Of a DNA stretch of 64,000 nt, positions 8,993-17,706 are shown in pieces (within the stretch, counting starts at the first letter, position 1; each line of letters begins with the position of its first letter). The position numbers were made by a program, and so were the translations under genes. Under the pieces are notes generated by a model. That model saw nothing but the letters and a program-made list of their open reading frames with translations. It did not search any database and had not been told where the DNA came from. The DNA comes from an uncultured bacterium (GTDB lineage Bacteria; Patescibacteriota; Minisyncoccia; Phycocordibacterales; GWA1-40-21), in the NCBI GenBank assembly GCA_903831305.1, contig CAIKXE010000011.1, positions 12,002 to 76,001 of the forward strand, given 5' to 3'.

Positions 8993-11900
8993 ATGAAGAC
9001 ATTTTTTTACAAAAATATTATTTTAAAAATAAAGAGCTTTTTTCAAAAGAAAGAAAGGTCCTTATTAGACATAGCAAATAGAGAAAAAAAGAATAATAAA
9101 GAACTAAAACGTATTGTTAAAAATAAACTTCCACCGCTATGGATGCCATCCGTTTCGTCCTTTCTAAGAATATTTTTTGTAATGATGTTTTTTTGGATAA
9201 TTTCACATCCAAAATATTTAGTAGAGTTAATACTTTCACCGTTACATAGTTTGTTTTTACACACACCATTTCTTAAAACGGTAGTTCCTTACATTATAAA
9301 AATGTTTAGCTTATTACCACATTCAATACCTATTATTAGCGAAGGTGGTAATTTATTAGCAGTTCACGCGGGTGTAGGATCTGTTTTGATTGGGTTAGCC
9401 TTTTTTGTTGCACAAAGTTTAACAGACAAGAGCGATTCTGAAAAATCTAGGGTGCTATTGTATAAAAGTTATTTTTTCCCCTTACTGGTAGCTGAGGTAA
9501 TGGCTTTCTTTTTCTTTATTGGAAAGACCAACGTCTTGGTATATATACCGATTGCAGGAATTGCTTTTTGGACTTTGTATTCTTTGGGTAAGGTAATAGA
9601 TATTCTTGTTAAAGAGTATAAAATGGAAGAAGCGAAAAAGAGAGTTCTTTTAAACGTAACAAAAGAGAATTTTATTAGAATATTAGATAGAGAAACAACA
9701 TATAGAATTGGTAATAATTTTATTTATAAAAAATATGAGAGTAGCGGGATTTTAGATGTCAATCCTTTTGGATTTTCCAGAGATAAAAAGACGGTGGTCA
9801 GAATAAAATCACAAAAAAGTGGTGCAATCGTGGATATTAAAATGAACGAGCTTGAGAGATTAATACTACTATTGAGTCAGGCGGTAAAAGTAGATTTTCC
9901 TATAGGAAATGCTGAGACAACTAACGATAATGGGGTCAAAGTTAAAAGTGAATCACTATGTTGTTTATTAACATTACTAGGTCATAAAATAGAATTAGAG
10001 CAGCCATTATTCGAGATCAAAAAAGAAATCGCTGATAAGATTGGTGTGAAAAGATTAGAAAAAATAATCGAGAGAGTGTTTTTAATAAAAGATGACATCT
10101 CAGAAGTTGAGGCACGTACCGAAGTTTTAAAATTAAAGGATAGGTGTATCCTAGCAATAAACAATCAACAAACAGGAGAATTAGAGAAGATAATAAAATT
10201 GTATGTCGAACTTGTTAATGAATTTTCTAAATATTTTAATTTGTATCATGGCGGATGTTTTTCGTCAGAACAAGCAAGACAGGAAAGAAACTCATTTTTT
10301 GAAAGACTTAAGCCTCTAGACTGGATATCAAAAGATATTAGAGAAATTTTTGATAGAGGGATAAATTCTGAAGATCTAAATATTATCAGAGATGTTGCCT
10401 ACTTGCCCATAATGCTGGTGCAACAAGCTATTGAAAGTAAAGACCATCTTATTTTTCAGGAATTCATACCTTATTCTTTGGTTCTGTACGAAAAAGCCTT
10501 TGATTTCTCAAAAAAAGATAGAGAAAAGGAATCAGAGATAATGTTTGATCGGACTTGGCGATATTTGAAGGAACTATCCGCATATTATCTCGAATCAAAA
10601 TTAAAGGAAGAAGATTACCCTGAGGGTGACTTTAAAGACTATTACATCCAGATACTTAAAATTTTACAGGCACTATTAAAGTCATCATTTGATAAGAAGG
10701 ATTTGACTAATTTTAATAAGTTCTTAAAAGTTACCTCAGATTTATTTAACAGATTAGATAGACCGTACTCAAATTCTTCTTATACTAATACTGAAAAAGT
10801 CTTTAATCTTCTAGACGGTAAACGTCAGGAAATGTTCTTTGGGGTTTCTAGTTGGATTTTATTTATCTTAAAGAACAATAAAGATCTCCAGGTCAGAGAA
10901 TTTTATAATGCAGTACAAAATGAATTACCTTCAGATATCATCGAATTCACAAGGGTGTTTTTACAATCTCATAGTTTTGATACCGAAGATCATTGGGGTT
11001 GGGATTGGTGGGAATCCAGGCCGGATGAGGGCGTACATACGATAAATGTACTTGAAAAACTTGAGCAATTCTTTGTGGTTAGACTATTGATATTATTAGG
11101 ATCAAAAAGTGACCAAGAAATTGAAAAAATTAGTTTACCTCATAATAGGGATTTAGCTTTTCTTGCCGAAGGAACAAGAGACGCAATCAAGATTATAGAT
11201 GATATTGAAAAAAACCCTGGTAATTGGACTTTTATTTTAGATAGCGAATCTGTAAAAAGATGTCTAGCATTACGTAATCTACTTAAAAAAGCACATGATC
11301 AGCAGGAACAAGATGATTTAAGGTGTAAACGTGAAGCTGATATTTCAAGAGATAAAGTTGAAAAATTTAAGAAGTATTTTATTGAAAATTATAAACAGAG
11401 TCATCCAATCAAAGAGATGTTAAAAGACTTTGGTCTTCTTTCAAATAAAACCAATAAAAAAGTTGGAAAAGAGATAAAAAAACTGGGAATTAATACTTTG
11501 TTTGATAAAGGTGCTTTTTTGGGTGATGAGGTCAATTGGTACATTCATTATACGGGAATTAAAGAAGCTTTTGGTTTTGGTAGGAGTATGGTTTATGGTG
11601 AGAATGAATATGTTCTTGGAAAAATCAGAGGTAAAGCTAAAGAAATAACAGAAGATAGGTTTGAAAATACTTTGGCGGGGATCCAATTATCTAACATCGT
11701 CCTTATTGCTACAAACCATGCTGTATGGAAGTTCTTTGAGAGATCAAATAGTAATTGGATACCTAAGTGGCATAGCGAATTTCCTAAAGAGCTCTTCGGT
11801 AATCAAATAATTGAAGGTGTCTACAGATTTAAAGATAAAATCATTCCGGTCTATCAGCTATTTACTTCAGGTTCTAGTAGTTCAGATATCTTTATTTTAG

Positions 11901-12190
11901 ATAAAACTAAAATTGGGAAATTGGTACAATTTTCTCCACTTGAGGATGGTGATAGTACAGATGTATTGTTCGATGTTTTCCTTATAGATGTTCAGGAATT
12001 TATTTTAAACTCTACCTTAATTACCGAATTTATTGATAAGCCTCCACAGTGGCTGTCGGATATTGGTAATAAAGAGAAACAGATTGAACATCTGCAAGAG
12101 TGTGTTTTGATTCATGTCTTTGAAAAAATTCAATTTAAACTTCACAATGAATTTAGTGGGTATATATTACTAACAGATAAGATAAAATAA
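8993..12190 (+). CDS. large (1065 aa) hypothetical protein, N-terminal multi-pass membrane region plus ~850-aa predicted cytoplasmic alpha-rich domain; no recognisable catalytic motif
   Basis: Hydrophobic segments LRIFFVMMFFWIISHP, VLIGLAFFVAQSL, VAEVMAFFFFIG and IPIAGIAFWTLYSLG in the first ~200 aa. The remainder is K/E-rich with no Walker A, HxK or PD-(D/E)xK motif seen. Confidence 0.6.
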   Translation: MKTFFYKNIILKIKSFFQKKERSLLDIANREKKNNKELKRIVKNKLPPLWMPSVSSFLRIFFVMMFFWIISHPKYLVELILSPLHSLFLHTPFLKTVVPYIIKMFSLLPHSIPIISEGGNLLAVHAGVGSVLIGLAFFVAQSLTDKSDSEKSRVLLYKSYFFPLLVAEVMAFFFFIGKTNVLVYIPIAGIAFWTLYSLGKVIDILVKEYKMEEAKKRVLLNVTKENFIRILDRETTYRIGNNFIYKKYESSGILDVNPFGFSRDKKTVVRIKSQKSGAIVDIKMNELERLILLLSQAVKVDFPIGNAETTNDNGVKVKSESLCCLLTLLGHKIELEQPLFEIKKEIADKIGVKRLEKIIERVFLIKDDISEVEARTEVLKLKDRCILAINNQQTGELEKIIKLYVELVNEFSKYFNLYHGGCFSSEQARQERNSFFERLKPLDWISKDIREIFDRGINSEDLNIIRDVAYLPIMLVQQAIESKDHLIFQEFIPYSLVLYEKAFDFSKKDREKESEIMFDRTWRYLKELSAYYLESKLKEEDYPEGDFKDYYIQILKILQALLKSSFDKKDLTNFNKFLKVTSDLFNRLDRPYSNSSYTNTEKVFNLLDGKRQEMFFGVSSWILFILKNNKDLQVREFYNAVQNELPSDIIEFTRVFLQSHSFDTEDHWGWDWWESRPDEGVHTINVLEKLEQFFVVRLLILLGSKSDQEIEKISLPHNRDLAFLAEGTRDAIKIIDDIEKNPGNWTFILDSESVKRCLALRNLLKKAHDQQEQDDLRCKREADISRDKVEKFKKYFIENYKQSHPIKEMLKDFGLLSNKTNKKVGKEIKKLGINTLFDKGAFLGDEVNWYIHYTGIKEAFGFGRSMVYGENEYVLGKIRGKAKEITEDRFENTLAGIQLSNIVLIATNHAVWKFFERSNSNWIPKWHSEFPKELFGNQIIEGVYRFKDKIIPVYQLFTSGSSSSDIFILDKTKIGKLVQFSPLEDGDSTDVLFDVFLIDVQEFILNSTLITEFIDKPPQWLSDIGNKEKQIEHLQECVLIHVFEKIQFKLHNEFSGYILLTDKIK

Positions 12191-12193
12191 TTT

Positions 12194-13696
12194 ATGAAGC
12201 CCATATCCAAATCTCTATTCCTTCAATACTTAATCTGTCCTAAAGACGCGTGGTTTAGGCTGCACCAGCCGGACCTGGAGGAATTTAATGTCTCCTTTTC
12301 GGACCAAAATGTGATGGCCCAGGGTAATGTGGTGGAGGATTGTGCTAAGAAACTTAAGATATTCTCCGGTTTTGTGGAAGTCAAAAGCCGGGCTTTCTCG
12401 GCCAGCAAGGAGATAGACAAGCTGATTGCTGAAGAAGTACCAGCAATCTATCAGCCAACCTTCAGCGTTGATGGTTTTATAATCCGCTGTGACTTTCTGG
12501 TTTGGAATGCCAAAACCAAGAAATGGGACTTATACGAGGTTAAAGGTACAAATTCCAAGAAGGATGACGATGGACCGCGGGACCATATCTCTGATCTAGC
12601 TTTCCAAACAATTGTGCTGGAGCGATACGGTCTTAGCATCGGTAGTAAATATATTGTTCATTTGAACAAAGAATACGTTAGGGGTAAGGAGCTGGATGTT
12701 GAAGAACTCTTTGTTATTAATGATAGCACCGAGCAGGTAGAACTAAAGAAAGCTACTACCGATGCGCAGATGGAGAAAGCTAAGGCGTATTTGAATCAAG
12801 AGGATGAGCCTAAAGACGGCTGTAACTGTCATTTATTAGGTAGAAGTAATCATTGTGAGACATTTAAGAAATCACACCCCGAGATACCGGATTATTCCGT
12901 CCATGATATATCCAGGATAGGTTCAACGCCTGATAAGCTGATTCAACTGGTCAAGAACGGTATCTATCATCTCCACGAAGCGGAAGACATATCTGATTTT
13001 ACCATTCCCCAACAAAACCAGATTCAGGCCCATAAGACAAAGAAAGAGATAATTGTCAGAGAAGAAATTGCTAATATTCTGGACAATTATACCTATCCGC
13101 TGTACTTCTTTGATTATGAGACCTTTGCACCTGCCGTGCCTATCTATGAAGGATTTAGCTCATATCAGCGTATACCAATCCAATTTTCCTTGCATATTAT
13201 TGAAAAGATGGCCGGACCTGTCCGTCATCTGGACTATCTTCACCTAGAGAATACTGACCCTTCAGAAACTGTTGCTAAGATGCTAGGCGAGGTCATAGAT
13301 CCTAAAGGAACAGTCCTGGCCTGGAATGTCTCTTTTGAGAAAGGCGTTACATCGGAGATAGCGGAAAGACTGCCTAAGTATGAGCCGGTGATAACGAGGA
13401 TTTGTGGCCAGATGAGAGACCTTCGGGATATTTTTTCCCAGCAGCATTATGTCCATAAGGATTTTAAAGGGAAAACCTCAATTGAAGCTGTTATGAACGT
13501 GTTATTGCCAGATATGACTTATGATCATTTACCATATACTGGTAGTGATGTGGGTTTTGTCTGGTGGAATGATATAGTCAATCAAGGTAAGGAACCTTCT
13601 GAAAGGGAGGAGAAGATACATCTAATCCGGGAATACTGTAAACAAGATACTTTTGTAATGGTGGAGATTTTTAGAATATTGAATAGTATTATATAA
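12194..13696 (+). CDS. two-domain nuclease: Cas4/RecB-like PD-(D/E)xK domain with Fe-S Cys cluster + DnaQ-like DEDDy 3'-5' exonuclease domain (DUF2779-like architecture)
   Basis: The Cys arrangement C15...CNCHLLGRSNHC (C-x-C-x8-C) matches Cas4/AddB Fe-S clusters. PD-(D/E)xK-like ...DGFIIRCDFLVW...WDLYEVKG. Exo I YFFDYETFAP, Exo II-like AWNVSFEKG and Exo III YCKQDTF. Confidence 0.65.
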   Translation: MKPISKSLFLQYLICPKDAWFRLHQPDLEEFNVSFSDQNVMAQGNVVEDCAKKLKIFSGFVEVKSRAFSASKEIDKLIAEEVPAIYQPTFSVDGFIIRCDFLVWNAKTKKWDLYEVKGTNSKKDDDGPRDHISDLAFQTIVLERYGLSIGSKYIVHLNKEYVRGKELDVEELFVINDSTEQVELKKATTDAQMEKAKAYLNQEDEPKDGCNCHLLGRSNHCETFKKSHPEIPDYSVHDISRIGSTPDKLIQLVKNGIYHLHEAEDISDFTIPQQNQIQAHKTKKEIIVREEIANILDNYTYPLYFFDYETFAPAVPIYEGFSSYQRIPIQFSLHIIEKMAGPVRHLDYLHLENTDPSETVAKMLGEVIDPKGTVLAWNVSFEKGVTSEIAERLPKYEPVITRICGQMRDLRDIFSQQHYVHKDFKGKTSIEAVMNVLLPDMTYDHLPYTGSDVGFVWWNDIVNQGKEPSEREEKIHLIREYCKQDTFVMVEIFRILNSII

Positions 13697-13727
13697 TCAA
13701 TTTAATACAAAAATCTGTAAATAAAAT

Positions 13728-14444
13728 ATGAAAAATAAAAGATATATAATCATAGTGCTTACAGTCCTTTTGTTGCTTATTTTGGGTGCGTATCAATTAT
13801 TTATTCTTAATCAAGAAAAACAACTAGATGTAGTCAATAAAAACACTGTTCGTGTTTGGGATGCAGAAACCGCATCATTCGTAGAATACGCTTCTTATGA
13901 AGAAATGGAGCAAGAATGGGAGAATGAAAGAAAAAGAGAAGTTGAGGAATATGATAAAACCACTAGGGGGACAATTGTGGAGCAAATTCAAAATATAAAT
14001 ATCCCATCAGATGTTGATGAAAGTGAGGTAGCCCAATTACAACAAGGAGAGGTAGAGGTTCGTAGCGAAAAATCGGAGGATTTTCCAGACGGGATTTTCT
14101 CGTGGGGAGCTTACTTAGTTGAAAATATAAAATCTTTCACTATTGGTGATTTTAATAACGACGGACTAGATGATGTTGCCCATATCATTGCATACACAGG
14201 TGGCGGTAGTGGAATGTTTTACAATCTCGTTATCTTTATGAATAATCAAGGCAAATTAAAGTATTTAACTCAAGAAGGGTTGGGTGACAGAGTTATCATC
14301 CAGAGTGTAAAATATGAATCTGGAGAGTTTATTGTTGATATAATTACTCAAGGTGAAGGGGATAATTTTAAAGGGTATTGTTGTCCAAACGTACCAAAGA
14401 CTGTTAAATTTAAGCTAGAAAATAGTAAATTAGTAGAATTTTAA
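13728..14444 (+). CDS. hypothetical membrane-anchored/secreted protein
   Basis: N-terminal anchor IIIVLTVLLLLILGAY and an acidic linker. No known motif. Confidence 0.5.
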   Translation: MKNKRYIIIVLTVLLLLILGAYQLFILNQEKQLDVVNKNTVRVWDAETASFVEYASYEEMEQEWENERKREVEEYDKTTRGTIVEQIQNINIPSDVDESEVAQLQQGEVEVRSEKSEDFPDGIFSWGAYLVENIKSFTIGDFNNDGLDDVAHIIAYTGGGSGMFYNLVIFMNNQGKLKYLTQEGLGDRVIIQSVKYESGEFIVDIITQGEGDNFKGYCCPNVPKTVKFKLENSKLVEF

Positions 14445-14445
14445 A

Positions 14446-14583
14446 ATGGATATGGATGATGAAGTATTTGAAAAAGCAAAAGAGGAGGATTTGACACTAG
14501 ATGAAGCTGAACAGCTTCAGGAGCTTGTCGACGAAACAGGTCTTGATGTTGATGAAGCTGAAGAACTTCGCCAGGAATTATAA
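14446..14583 (+). CDS. small (45 aa) highly acidic peptide, hypothetical
   Basis: Manual translation gives MDMDDEVFEKAKEEDLTLDEAEQLQELVDETGLDVDEAEELRQEL, about 40% D/E. It starts 2 nt after the upstream stop and ends 7 nt before the next ATG. Absent from the ORF track only because it is <60 aa. Confidence 0.4.
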   Translation: MDMDDEVFEKAKEEDLTLDEAEQLQELVDETGLDVDEAEELRQEL

Positions 14584-14590
14584 AAAAGTC

Positions 14591-15127
14591 ATGGGAGAAG
14601 AAAATAAACAAAAGTATATCAAGATATTAAAATTGGACCCAAACCTTGCTAGGACCGGTAGGTATACCAGGTCACTTGAAAAGTATCTTGAAAAGAATAA
14701 CCGGTCATTTAACATAGTAGACGGTAATTACATTGTCTATGTGTCTGATAAAAATGAGGCTATAAGAATAGGTTTTGAATTGAGAAAATATGAAATTGAG
14801 TATTTTGATGGTGTGGAATTATTACCCTTGGAACTTGAACCAAAAAGAATAAAAGGCGAACGAGCAAAAAGAGCGGCGCCAGATTCTTCCTCCGGTAAGA
14901 CAGTGACAGTTAGTCAGTTCATGAAAAAAACCAAACAAGATATCAAGCTAGATTGTTTAGTTAAGGCTGAAATAATCAAAAGGAAATTACTAACAAGAAA
15001 AGAAATGGAGACGGCTATATCTTGGGGGAAGTTAAAGACAATAAAGTTTAGAAATAAGGAGTATTTTGATCGTCAGGAAATATTTGATTACCTGAAAAGT
15101 AATTTTCGTTATGATACTGGAAACTAA
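14591..15127 (+). CDS. hypothetical protein with C-terminal excisionase/MerR-like helix-turn-helix
   Basis: The ORF track start at 14501 overlaps the small acidic ORF. The in-frame ATG at 14591 (MGEENKQ) follows its stop. The C-terminus TVTVSQFMKKTKQDIK...GKLKTIKFRNKEYFDRQEIFDYL resembles excisionase-family HTH (…GKLPxIKIGRRWRIxxxDLDEFL). Confidence 0.45.
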   Translation: MGEENKQKYIKILKLDPNLARTGRYTRSLEKYLEKNNRSFNIVDGNYIVYVSDKNEAIRIGFELRKYEIEYFDGVELLPLELEPKRIKGERAKRAAPDSSSGKTVTVSQFMKKTKQDIKLDCLVKAEIIKRKLLTRKEMETAISWGKLKTIKFRNKEYFDRQEIFDYLKSNFRYDTGN

Positions 15128-15132
15128 TTTTA

Positions 15133-16077
15133 CTACCAGCAAATCACTGGCTCCCCATCAGTAACTTCATTTAGATAGGCTTTAGCTTCTTCAATTCCTC
15201 CTATTTTATCTATCAGGCCTAGTTCCTTAGCTTTCTCTCCTAAGACGGATGAACTATCAGCAAAGCTTTTGACCGCAGCCATGGTGAGTCCACGATTCTC
15301 AGAAACTGACTTGATAAAATTGTTATAAATAATATTTATATCTCTCATAAAAAGAGCCTTTTCACCGGCAGTTAAGGCTTTGTCAGGATTGCCAGAATCT
15401 TTAAACTCCCCAGAAGAAATTTGCTCATAGATCAACCCTTCCTTTTTATTTTTCTCTACATTGCTGACATAAGACATGGTGACGCCAATACTACCCACAT
15501 CAGAATTAGCCGAGGCAAATATTTTATCCGCACTACTTATTGCCCAATAGGCAGATGAAACGCCTAGATCTCGTATAACAGCAATGACTGGTTTTGCACT
15601 AGCTTTTACCGCCTTAGCAATTTCCTCACCGGCTACTGGAGAACCACCACCAGAATCAACTTCTATTAGAATAGCCTTAATGTCTGGATCTAAATTAGCA
15701 TCTTCAATTGACCAGGTGACTTCTTCGCTGGAGGTTTGATCATAATCAAAGAATGAATCACCTTCAGCGTGATTCGGAATATAGGTGACGACTGTGCCAT
15801 GGAGGTTAATACCTATAACAGAACAAGCTTGATCTGAACTAGTCTCTGATTCACTACTATAATCACTCGAAGATAAATCTTCTGAGTTGTAACCAGAAGA
15901 TCCACCAAAAACATAAAAAGAAATAAAGCAACCAATAAAGACACCGGCGGCAATGACAGCTATACCAATAAGCGCTGGCGAAATCTTTTTTAAAAAAGCG
16001 TAGACTTTTTTAACCTGACCTTTTTCTTTTTTTGTTACATTTATTCCTTCCATAAAGTTATAGTGATTATAGCACAA
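15133..16077 (-). CDS. sppA: signal peptide peptidase SppA (S49 family), membrane-anchored
   Basis: KPVIAVIRDLGVSSAYWAISSADKIFASANSDVGSIGV is the S49/ClpP-fold core. N-terminal TM anchor. Confidence 0.75.
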   Translation of the reverse strand: MCYNHYNFMEGINVTKKEKGQVKKVYAFLKKISPALIGIAVIAAGVFIGCFISFYVFGGSSGYNSEDLSSSDYSSESETSSDQACSVIGINLHGTVVTYIPNHAEGDSFFDYDQTSSEEVTWSIEDANLDPDIKAILIEVDSGGGSPVAGEEIAKAVKASAKPVIAVIRDLGVSSAYWAISSADKIFASANSDVGSIGVTMSYVSNVEKNKKEGLIYEQISSGEFKDSGNPDKALTAGEKALFMRDINIIYNNFIKSVSENRGLTMAAVKSFADSSSVLGEKAKELGLIDKIGGIEEAKAYLNEVTDGEPVICW

Positions 16078-16132
16078 GATTGTTTGGTAATCCTATTTTT
16101 CAGTTATTTCTATTTGTGCTATCATCGAATAT

Positions 16133-16630
16133 ATGAAAAGAGAGATTAAATCACTGATGAAAACCCGGCAAATGGGTGTCCTGCCTTATACCTACAGAGA
16201 CTTGGATAGCTTGGAGGAGATAAGAGACCGGAAGATAGATGGTGTTCACGCCTATTGTTTTTATAATGATAAATTGGTTCTGGTTTATTCTGATAAAAAA
16301 GGCTATTGGACCCCAGCCGGCGGAGGAACAGAGAAAGGAGAAAATGTTGAAGAAACAGTTATAAGAGAAGTTAAGGAGGAAACCAATATGAGAGTTTTGA
16401 AGCAGAAAATAATTGGCTATCAGGAAGTCTTTGAACCAGACAGAATCCATGTTCAAACCAGATCAGTTTGTTTGGTAGAACCTTATGGACCTTTTGTTTC
16501 TGATCCCGACGGTGATATTACGGTCATAAAATTAATTGATCCAAAAGATTACAAACAATATTTTGACTGGGGAGAGGTGGGGGATTATATTATGCAGAGA
16601 GCGTTGGAATTATTAAAAGATTTAAAGTAA
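16133..16630 (+). CDS. NUDIX hydrolase
   Basis: Nudix box GGGTEKGENVEETVIREVKEETN. Confidence 0.8.
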   Translation: MKREIKSLMKTRQMGVLPYTYRDLDSLEEIRDRKIDGVHAYCFYNDKLVLVYSDKKGYWTPAGGGTEKGENVEETVIREVKEETNMRVLKQKIIGYQEVFEPDRIHVQTRSVCLVEPYGPFVSDPDGDITVIKLIDPKDYKQYFDWGEVGDYIMQRALELLKDLK

Positions 16631-16631
16631 A

Positions 16632-17702
16632 ATGGAAAAAGGCAGTAATAAAAAAATACACGTCGCCCTCTTGTTCGGCGGAAAATCGGCGGAACATGAA
16701 GTCTCTATAAGATCGGCACAGAGTATTTATAATGTTCTAGACAAGAGTAAATATAAAATCACGCTTGTTGGCATTGATAAGAACGGTACTTGGTTGTCTT
16801 TGAATACTCAGCAATTTCTTTCAAGTAAAGAAATTCTTTTAGACAAACAAATACTACCCTATAGTATTGATAATTTATTCCAGTCAGACAAATCAAAAGT
16901 CGATGTTGTCTTTCCAGTCCTTCACGGTCCTTTTGGTGAAGACGGCACGATTCAAGGTTTGCTAAAATTAGCTAATATCTCTTTTGTCGGGGCGGGTGTC
17001 CTTGGTTCAGCGGTGGGTATGGATAAGGAAGTTGCTAAGAGACTTTTGCGAGATGCTGGATTATCGACCGCTAAGTTTAATGTCTACAGTGAATTTGAAA
17101 GAAAAACTATTTCCTTTGAAAAAGTCAGAAAAAATCTTGGTTTGCCACTCTTCGTTAAGCCAGCGAATCTGGGATCTTCTGTTGGTATTACGAAGGTTCA
17201 TAATAAAGCTGAGTTTATAAAAGCAATTAATTTTGCTTTCCAGTATGACAGCAAAATCCTCATCGAAGAATTCATAAAAGGGAAAGAGATAGAGTGTTCC
17301 GTATTGGGAAATGAAAAGCCTATCGCTTCAGTTTGTGGTGAGATTATACCTCATCACGAGTTTTATTCTTACGAAGCAAAATATTTGGATGATAATGGTG
17401 CAGCTCTTTCCATCCCCGCTAAGATTACAAAACCACTTATGAAAAAGATTCAGACACTAGCCGTAAGAGCATTTAATGTCCTCTGCTGTGAAGGAATGGC
17501 GAGAGTAGATTTTTTCTTAAAGGAAAATGGAGAAATTTATATAAACGAAATAAACACCATTCCGGGTTTTACTTCAATCAGTATGTACCCTAAACTTTGG
17601 GAGGAAAGTGGTATCCCTTATGGAAAACTTATTGATACCTTAATTAAACTAGCAATCAGCAGACACAATAAGGAACAAAAATTAAAAACATCTTTTAAAT
17701 AA
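16632..17702 (+). CDS. ddl: D-alanine--D-alanine ligase
   Basis: HGPFGEDGTIQGLL, ATP-grasp core, EINTIPGFT. Confidence 0.85.
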   Translation: MEKGSNKKIHVALLFGGKSAEHEVSIRSAQSIYNVLDKSKYKITLVGIDKNGTWLSLNTQQFLSSKEILLDKQILPYSIDNLFQSDKSKVDVVFPVLHGPFGEDGTIQGLLKLANISFVGAGVLGSAVGMDKEVAKRLLRDAGLSTAKFNVYSEFERKTISFEKVRKNLGLPLFVKPANLGSSVGITKVHNKAEFIKAINFAFQYDSKILIEEFIKGKEIECSVLGNEKPIASVCGEIIPHHEFYSYEAKYLDDNGAALSIPAKITKPLMKKIQTLAVRAFNVLCCEGMARVDFFLKENGEIYINEINTIPGFTSISMYPKLWEESGIPYGKLIDTLIKLAISRHNKEQKLKTSFK

Positions 17703-17706
17703 AAAT

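Noticed and set aside
8993-12190. Possible ATPase (Walker A) in the 1065-aa protein at FIGKTN / LGKIRGKAKE
   Set aside because: Neither site has the G-x4-GK[ST] spacing. No Walker B partner was identified.
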